This document shows positions 24,001 through 32,353 of a stretch of 32,353 bases of DNA, one piece after another. The position numbers were made by a program, and so were the translations under genes. The notes below the pieces were generated by a model. That model saw only the letters and a program-made list of their open reading frames with translations. It was not told where the DNA came from and ran no database searches. The stretch is from Welwitschia mirabilis (Eukaryota): positions 23,236,866 through 23,269,218 of the forward strand of contig JBOZIK010000001.1 in NCBI GenBank assembly GCA_051453625.1, in the 5' to 3' direction. Numbering within the stretch: the first letter of the stretch is position 1; each line of letters opens with the position of its first letter.

Positions 24001-26191
24001 GATAAAACCTCCAACATATTTAATAACCACTCTTCATCCATTAATTTAAAATTCCTCGTCTTTAGTCTTTAGTCTTNNNNNNNNNNNNNNNNNNNNNNNN
24101 NNNNNNNNNNNNNNNNNNNNNNNNNNNNNNNNNNNNNNNNNNNNNNNNNNNNNNNNNNNNNNNNNNNNNNNNNNNNNNNNNNNNNNNNNNNNNNNNNNNN
24201 NNNNNNNNNNNNNNNNNNNNNNNNNNNNNNNNNNNNNNNNNNNNNNNNNNNNNNNNNNNNNNNNNNNNNNNNNNNNNNNNNNNNNNNNNNNNNNNNNNNN
24301 NNNNNNNNNNNNNNNNNNNNNNNNNNNNNNNNNNNNNNNNNNNNNNNNNNNNNNNNNNNNNNNNNNNNNNNNNNNNNNNNNNNNNNNNNNNNNNNNNNNN
24401 NNNNNNNNNNNNNNNNNNNNNNNNNNNNNNNNNNNNNNNNNNNNNNNNNNNNNNNNNNNNNNNNNNNNNNNNNNNNNNNNNNNNNNNNNNNNNNNNNNNN
24501 NNNNNNNNNNNNNNNNNNNNNNNNNNNNNNNNNNNNNNNNNNNNNNNNNNNNNNNNNNNNNNNNNNNNNNNNNNNNNNNNNNNNNNNNNNNNNNNNNNNN
24601 NNNNNNNNNNNNNNNNNNNNNNNNNNNNNNNNNNNNNNNNNNNNNNNNNNNNNNNNNNNNNNNNNNNNNNNNNNNNNNNNNNNNNNNNNNNNNNNNNNNN
24701 NNNNNNNNNNNNNNNNNNNNNNNNNNNNNNNNNNNNNNNNNNNNNNNNNNNNNNNNNNNNNNNNNNNNNNNNNNNNNNTGATCCATATTAGTTACATAAA
24801 TAAGGTTCTAGTTGCATAAATTTGATCTTAGTGGATAAGTGTACTATCATTTTCTATTTTTCACTCAATCATGAGATTGTGGAACCATGTAATTAAACTA
24901 TACAACCTATTGTTAATAGATCATCTTCTCATCTTGTCTAATTTGAATTAAAAAATTCTCTTATTTTCTCATCCATTACTTAAAATATGAGTTCTAATAT
25001 TTTGGTTTTAACCACATATTTGACTATGTTTAACACTAGCTTATAGTGATTCTGTGTGGATTTTTTACATATAAAATGCCAATTTATTCACTACATGAAC
25101 TCCACATTGCTTAGATAGATGAGATTACTAATCAATCATTGACATAGTTTCATGTTACATGACTTTGAATTTTTGTTTTAGTCTTATTACAGTATCCACT
25201 GAAATGATTCTAGTGTTAATTCTTCTAGGTTGTCTTTCCTTATTAGTTATGTGATGTATTATTTCAATGGATGAGTGCACTTCTTCTTTCTTCAAGATTT
25301 TAAATCCTATAAAGTAGCATCATAAGCCTAGATCTGACATTTAAAATTTTTTATCAATGATGTTCTTAACCCTTTTGATTTGTTTTCTATCACCTCCCAT
25401 GATAATATCATTTATGTAAACTATAAGTATAATTAATTTATCTTATTAGTATGGTTTTAGATACATATTTAGCTTCTTATGTTTTGTTAAAGTTTACTTA
25501 AGTAAATTTTTTAGTACCATATGTTTAGTACCTATTTTAAACAATATATAGACTTTATGATTCTATAAAATTTATTTTATTAACCTTTTATTATAAAGAA
25601 TTTACATTGTCTGATGTATAATTCCTTGTCTATAGTTCATTTAAGAAGTCAACTTTACATCCATTTATATTAAATCCTCTTACATTTGGACTAACAGTAA
25701 TAAAATCCTTATTATTATAATCTTTACATTGGAAGAAGTCTTTGAGAAATCAATACCTTATTTTTGTGTGTATCCTTTTATTTCAAAGTTTTCTTTGTCT
25801 TCATAATGATTATATCCTAGTTATATTTAATTTTGAATATCCATTAGATTCTAATGGTCTTCTTATTAGTTTCAACCACTTTTTAAGTATCATTCTTGAT
25901 GATTATATCATCTTCTACTTGCATTAATTTTTTAATTTTAAATCATCTAAGGCTTCTTCTAAACTTTCTAGCTTCATTTTATTTTATGAAATAAATGAAG
26001 TATCATAGTTTATCATTCTATTTTTATCAAACCAAAGATTGAATGAGACTTCATTACTAAAAATTTCAATCAAAAGATGATGATGTATTAATACTACTGT
26101 GGTGGTAGCTATTGTCCAAAGTTACTTAGAAAGATTAGTTTTATACATCATAGGACATATCATTTTTATGATAATTCCCTCTCTCTCCTAT

Positions 26192-26217
26192 CCCCCACCC
26201 CCCATCCCCCCAACCCC
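26192..26217 (-). other. G-quadruplex-forming motif
   Basis: Minus strand GGGG-TT-GGGGGG-AT-GGGGGG-T-GGGGG: four G-tracts with 1-2 nt loops. Confidence 0.7.
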
Positions 26218-26315
26218 TGTCTACCACTCTAGTTCTCTCAGGATCACCTTTTCATGTATGACCTATGCCTTTCTTTTCAAGAAATACAAAATGTTCTTTT
26301 TTTATGATCACCTGT

Positions 26316-26453
26316 AAGATTTGAATGTACTGAATTCCTTTAAAAACAATCCCCATAGTGGTATGCATATGTCATTGTAAACCAAGATTTAAATGTACTA
26401 TTTTCGTTTAAAACAATCCAAATAGTGGTATGCATATGTCATTGTAAACCAAG
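26316..26453. repeat. ~67-68 bp tandem duplication within the copia integrase
   Basis: Two units starting AAGATTT(G/A)AATGTACT, with an identical core ATAGTGGTATGCATATGTCATTGTAAACCAAG. Confidence 0.9.
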
Positions 26454-29400
26454 TCCAACTTATTCTCCTTCCCCAGNNNNNNNNNNNNNNNNNNNNNNNN
26501 NNNNNNNNNNNNNNNNNNNNNNNNNNNNNNNNNNNNNNNNNNNNNNNNNNNNNNNNNNNNNNNNNNNNNNNNNNNNNNNNNNNNNNNNNNNNNNNNNNNN
26601 NNNNNNNNNNNNNNNNNNNNNNNNNNNNNNNNNNNNNNNNNNNNNNNNNNNNNNNNNNNNNNNNNNNNNNNNNNNNNNNNNNNNNNNNNNNNNNNNNNNN
26701 NNNNNNNNNNNNNNNNNNNNNNNNNNNNNNNNNNNNNNNNNNNNNNNNNNNNNNNNNNNNNNNNNNNNNNNNNNNNNNNNNNNNNNNNNNNNNNNNNNNN
26801 NNNNNNNNNNNNNNNNNNNNNNNNNNNNNNNNNNNNNNNNNNNNNNNNNNNNNNNNNNNNNNNNNNNNNNNNNNNNNNNNNNNNNNNNNNNNNNNNNNNN
26901 NNNNNNNNNNNNNNNNNNNNNNNNNNNNNNNNNNNNNNNNNNNNNNNNNNNNNNNNNNNNNNNNNNNNNNNNNNNNNNNNNNNNNNNNNNNNNNNNNNNN
27001 NNNNNNNNNNNNNNNNNNNNNNNNNNNNNNNNNNNNNNNNNNNNNNNNNNNNNNNNNNNNNNNNNNNNNNNNNNNNNNNNNNNNNNNNNNNNNNNNNNNN
27101 NNNNNNNNNNNNNNNNNNNNNNNNNNNNNNNNNNNNNNNNNNNNNNNNNNNNNNNNNNNNNNNNNNNNNNNNNNNNNNNNNNNNNNNNNNNNNNNNNNNN
27201 NNNNNNNNNNNNNNNNNNNNNNNNNNNNNNNNNNNNNNNNNNNNNNNNNNNNNNNNNNNNNNNNNNNNNNNNNNNNNNNNNNNNNNNNNNNNNNNNNNNN
27301 NNNNNNNNNNNNNNNNNNNNNNNNNNNNNNNNNNNNNNNNNNNNNNNNNNNNNNNNNNNNNNNNNNNNNNNNNNNNNNNNNNNNNNNNNNNNNNNNNNNN
27401 NNNNNNNNNNNNNNNNNNNNNNNNNNAGTAAAACATGGTATGTCATTGAATGTGTTAGTCAATGTTTGTAGGATTTCAAACTAGCATGCCCTAATCTTTA
27501 ATGCCATTTATTAGTTCTAGGTAAATTAAGTTTATTCCTATTTCATAGTATTTGTATGGAGTAAGGAATGTGTTATGTCTTAACATTTTATTTTCTTAAA
27601 CCTTTCCTTTTTAAATACTGCAATAAGATTGTTTCAACTGAAAGATATTTTGAATTCATCTCTTAATAGCATCATTATATAAATAAGTCTTACTATTAAA
27701 TTTGATAGTTAAATAATCTCTTTGAGTATCATTCTTAGAAATTCTATAGCTCTGAAGATCTTCTTTACTAACTTGGTTCTCTCTCCTTTGTCATGTCATG
27801 TTGATAGTCATTAGCTTAAGGATTCTTTAGGATAATTTTATTCTAATCATGCAATAAGATAATTATAAATTAATTAAGTAATCATTTTATATGTCTTTTA
27901 TCAATAATTCTAAGAATTCTTGAAGTAGTTTGGATCTTTCTATTATTGCTATTCTATATGATTTATTATTCTTTTCCAACTTGTTATTATAATTCTCTCC
28001 ATTATTTTAGTACTTCTTAATTCTATGATAATCATTTTTCTTGTATATTTCATACCATATTTGGTTTCTACTTCTTTNNNNNNNNNNNNNNNNNNNNNNN
28101 NNNACCATTTAAGACTACTTTTAATGGTTCTTATTTATTTGTCTTAAGTCTAGCCTATTCTATAACAAAATGTAGTAAGTGTTTTTCATGTTATAAGTTT
28201 ATGAAGAGTTTGATAAGACCTTCTTGAATGCATTGTACTAACTTGATAATACATAGATCATAGCATATTATTTTTTTCATTCATTTAAGATTCTTCTTTC
28301 TTGGGTTGCATTTTTATTGACAGTACTTATTTCTCTAGGTATGATATTTCATCATGCTCCACCATCTTTACATTGAATAATTTTATGCATGAGGACTCAT
28401 TTTTCTTTCATTCTTTTCCTCTCTCTCTTTATGCTTTATTTTGTGTAATGAAATGTTATTCTAAAAATTTTTATAGGTCTATAACAAATTTCAACTACAT
28501 AATCATGTATAACAGTTCATCACTTATATTGATTTCTAAGATTATATGCATTAGGTTTTTACACTCATATGAATGTTTTTGTTTTTTTATAACCATTAAT
28601 CTAAATCCTTTTAGGATTTCACTTATTCTAATCTTCTATAGTGTTTAGTTATCATGTGTGAGGGTCTAATTCTTTAGGCATGTTATGGATTTAAGAGAAA
28701 TTTTGTCATGGAACATAGGACATAGGTACTCTTTTTTCCTTTCATTGCGTATTTATGTTGTATTTATAAAACCATTATTTACATGTTTATTTTGAGTCTT
28801 GTGGAACTTATGCTTCCCTATGCAACCACACCTTATAATACCGATATGGTTTCTTATCACTTACAATGTCTACAAAAGCCATAAAATATGTTAAAAATAC
28901 ATGGTTCTTTAATTTATTGAGATTTGGCTAGGTCAATAAATATTTCTTTTAAATTCCGATGGGATCCTATATGGTAAGTCTTTACTACACAAGTTGAAAT
29001 ACAAAACATGATAATGAACCTATATATCAATACTATATAGGATGTTTAATCCATGGTATATATAAATTTATATTTTATATTATTTTGTAAATTCATTCAT
29101 GGTGGANNNNNNNNNNNNNNNNNNNNNNNNNNNNNNNNNNNNNNNNNNNNNNNNNNNNNNNNNNNNNNNNNNNNNNNNNNNNNNNNNNNNNNNNNNNNNN
29201 NNNNNNCTCCATAATCACCAGAATTGCATCTAAACCTATATAAATGTCCCACAAAAGTACTCTAAATATACCATCAAATTCCTACAAATTGGTATTGCAA
29301 TAGGTCCTCTGCTTATTTCTTTAAAAGAATGTTAGTAAAAGTTTCTTAAAGCATCCTCATACATTCTAATAATTAATCCCTTCAATCTTGTAGTCTATTT

Positions 29401-29802
29401 TAGTCCTACTCAGTAACTAAAATAGGATTAGATCCTTTTTTAAATGTTGACATGCAGTGGCTCTCTTATTTATTACTTTAGAAAAAGATATCTTTAATTT
29501 CTTACTTCTACTATAAGTGTTTTTATTCCATCTATAGTTTGCTCCAAAATTCTAATACTTTTTTCCCATCCTACTTTTAGCTTTTAGACTATGTTATTAA
29601 TAACATTCTCACAATTATCAGAATGATCATATAATTTTTGTGGATAAAAATTTACATTTTGACATACTTGTATTTCATGAGAACCAAATCCTACTTGATT
29701 TCCTAGTATTATTTCTAATAATTTATTCAACTTAACTTTGAAAGATAAAAAATTATTTGAATGATTGAGAGAAATAATGAACTTGCAAATTTAAGATAGT
29801 TT

Positions 29803-30620
29803 TGTAGATAATTGTGTTATGTGTATACTTTGTATATCATGCTATGAAGTTAAGTTTCATTAAATATAGATCAGTACATCAAAAAATGTAAAAGAGTGAA
29901 TTAAGGAAATACTAGAAGAAAATCTCTTAGGAAGTTGAGAGAATAAAGGAAATAGAATCACAATAGATAAAATTAAGATGTTGATATTACATCCTATCAC
30001 TTCCCCTTTTGATGTCAACCTGTTTAATACTTAAGAAATTTCTAAATCTTACAAATTACTCACAGGCAAGAGACTTGGTAAAAATATTAACTATCTTAAA
30101 ACTAGAATCCACATGATTAATATTGATAAATTTTTTGTCAATGAGATCTCTGATGAAGTGATGTTTAATACCAATATGCTTGGTTCATGCATGATACACT
30201 AGATTTTTGGCAATTGAAACTATAGATGTCTTATCAGAATACATTTGTATTGATGATTTAACAGAAAATCCCATTTTTTAAAGTAATGAATGTATATAAA
30301 CAACTTGCTTTCTGACTTCTAAGAAGCAATATATTTTGCTCTATTAATAACAAAGCAACTGTGTTTTACTTCTTTGAGGACCATGAGATAAGAGAATGCC
30401 CAAAAAAAGAAATAATAGCCTATTTTAAATTTGCAACATTAGTGGGTCCTTCGTAATCAGCATATAAATAGCCATGACTAACAAAGTTGTTGTTACTTTT
30501 TAAAACTTTAAATCAAAATTGAAGGTGATCTTCAAATATTTGAGAACATGTTTTATTACTTTTCAATGTGAAAGCTTTTGTGTTATATACCATATTTTAT
30601 AAACCTTAATAACTTGGATA
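29803..30620 (-). mobile_element. 3' end of a third Ty1/copia element (RNase H, PPT, 3' LTR)
   Basis: Minus strand GHSLISWSSKK*NTVAL (~30401), HA*TKHIGIKHHFIRD (~30193), IVNIFTKSL (~30095). The frame runs into the PPT AAAAGGGGAAG (30010-30000), followed directly by TGATAGG at 29999. The LTR end at ~29803 (...TCTACA) is tentative. Confidence 0.85.
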
Positions 30621-32353
30621 TCAAGTACATTAAGCTTTTAATTAGAATTACTCTTCTTTAAAAGCCTTATCAAAATAAAAGGATATTTTAAATTAACCTT
30701 ACTTTGTAATTTTCATAATTCACCATTAAATATTTACATTAGTTAGAATTTTAGGAATGCATTTGTGTGGTGTATTTATTAAATAGGACTACATCAAAAT
30801 AATTCTAATAATGATCATTCCCATACTTGGATTTCATCACTAAGGTGGGTTGTATTGCATTTTTTTAACAAAACCCTTTTGGCACCGTATTTAATCACCA
30901 CTCTCTTGCCTTACCCATGTATGAACTTACTTTGACTTAATATCTTAAGACCTTAACATTAATGAATCATGTTACATCATTCAGAGATGTTTTAAGGAAA
31001 CAAGGATTATTTGCAAGCATGCATGCACCTCACATGCTATCTATGACCTATATTAAGGGTATATCAAAGTGAAGTACAAGCATATGGAGTTGATCCCAGC
31101 CATGTTTGTATAGTTTACAATATAAAGTAGAACCAACTCATGTCTAAAGGGTGGTTGGATATCAAGTTGTAATGCCATTAATGGGAGTTACAACTTCCTA
31201 TTATATTAATTAGGTATTATCTTTAAAATTATTCATGTATATTTATAAGAAGTTTGCATCTCCTCAACTATTTACAAGATATCTTCTTATGTGACAAAAA
31301 TTAGGAAGAAATGGAGAACACAAACTTATGATATTGTTATTACTTGTAAGTTAAAATAATATAGAAATTAATTATAAATGAACATATGATATTATTATGA
31401 TTTTTTTCTTAGAATATAGAAATGCTAATAAAGGAATAAGTAAAATTTAATCCTAGATTCCACTGTGTCTATTAGGTAANNNNNNNNNNNNNNNNNNNNN
31501 NNNNNNNNNNNNNNNNNNNNNNNNNNNNNNNNNNNNNNNNNNNNNNNNNNNNNNNNNNNNNNNNNNNNNNNNNNNNNNNNNNNNNNNNNNNNNNNNNNNN
31601 NNNNNNNNNNNNNNNNNNNNNNNNNNNNNNNNNNNNNNNNNNNNNNNNNNNNNNNNNNNNNNNNNNNNNTAAAGTTAGTTGTAACTATAATAACCTTAAT
31701 TCCTAATGGCTATAAAGTTAGTTATATCCTCAATAACCTTAAAGAATGAGTAAAATCAATTATATCCTTGATAATACTAAATTTCAAGATAACTCTAACT
31801 CCTAGATAAGCATGAATTTAATTGTATCTTCCAATAGACATGAATTTTATTATACCCATAATTTTTTTACTCCCTAAATATATACTAAATTACATTCATG
31901 TTAATCCCAGTAATTATAAATATTACACTAATAATAATCTTAGCACCTTAGTAATCCTAGAAGTTGATTATATTTGGAATAGTTCTAAAGTATTTATAAG
32001 GTTAACTATAACCCCAACGCTTAGATGATTATTATGCTAATCATATTTATGATAATTATAAATTCCTAAATAAACTAAAAAGAATGATGAATTTAAGTCA
32101 TTAATTCTCACTTAGAAAAGTTACAATTATCTTGAGAATCTAGGGCAATGATCTTATATGATTCCTTAAAGAGATTAACCTTTTAAAAGAAATATAAATA
32201 CATAAATAATATCTTATAATTAGATATCCTTGAAAATAATCAAATCTTCAAACAAGTTATCCATCCTAAATTATGTGGTCACATAACCTTAAAGTGAAAA
32301 CCCATATTCATAACTTATAAACCTTATCAATTAAAAACAAAGAAAGGGGAAGA

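Larger units (their letters stand above)
24780..28650 (-). mobile_element. Degenerate Ty1/copia internal region (gag remnants, pre-integrase, partial INT, RT, RNase H), gapped
   Basis: Minus strand: KWH*RLGHAS (~27510-27480), LDLVYNDICIPL (~26458-26423, VHSDLCGP), RVVDRG (~26230), WIFKIKYN (~25843), KGYTQK*GIDFSKT (~25777), MDVK (~25664), LIVYINDII (~25427, YVDD), F*MSDLGL*CYFIG (~25346), STIS*LSEK*K (~24884, ISWxSKKQ). The gag-side boundary is uncertain. Confidence 0.88.

Noticed and set aside
26099..26317. Proline-rich (extensin-like) ORF SYPPPPIPPTPVY
   Set aside because: It is the antisense reading of a G-run inside a minus-strand copia integrase.
12219..27471. Long ORFs in the ORF track (120-354 aa)
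   Set aside because: They are almost entirely X, produced by translating N gaps, and are not genes.
28301..28648. 115 aa hydrophobic ORF, and similar short F/I/L-rich ORFs at 13394, 14775 and 25742
   Set aside because: T-rich antisense or AT-biased chance ORFs with no recognisable domain.
28650..29000. 5' LTR/PBS of the minus-strand copia
   Set aside because: No recognisable GCTCTGATACCA on the + strand, and the partner LTR would lie in or beyond the 24077-24777 gap, so it cannot be supported.

Overview
A 32 kb, very AT-rich, gappy (many N runs) stretch of eukaryotic DNA, most likely land-plant heterochromatin. The GCPLAPYLF-type LINEs hint at a moss, fern or lycophyte-like host, but that is inference only. 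I see no intact protein-coding gene, RNA gene or CRISPR array. The window is a graveyard of nested, heavily decayed retroelements, read by eye across stops and frameshifts: (1) a LINE ORF2 relic (+, ~60-3490, endonuclease-RT-C-terminus); (2) a full-length Tnt1-like Ty1/copia element (+, 3491-~8237) inserted in that LINE's 3' end, with diverged LTRs, a decayed Met-tRNA PBS, a PPT and a candidate CTCCT target duplication; (3) a short RTE-like LINE C-terminal fragment (-); (4) a second, related LINE (+); (5) an L1-type LINE probably split in two (EN ~10420-10900, RT ~15500-17320) around a pair of diverged 400-540 bp direct repeats and a fossil coiled-coil ORF; (6) two further copia relics on the minus strand. 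Conserved motifs have decayed mostly by C>T/G>A changes. I found no convincing previously undescribed system; the best leads concern TE architecture and unassigned fossil ORFs/repeats. Boundaries are approximate unless stated.
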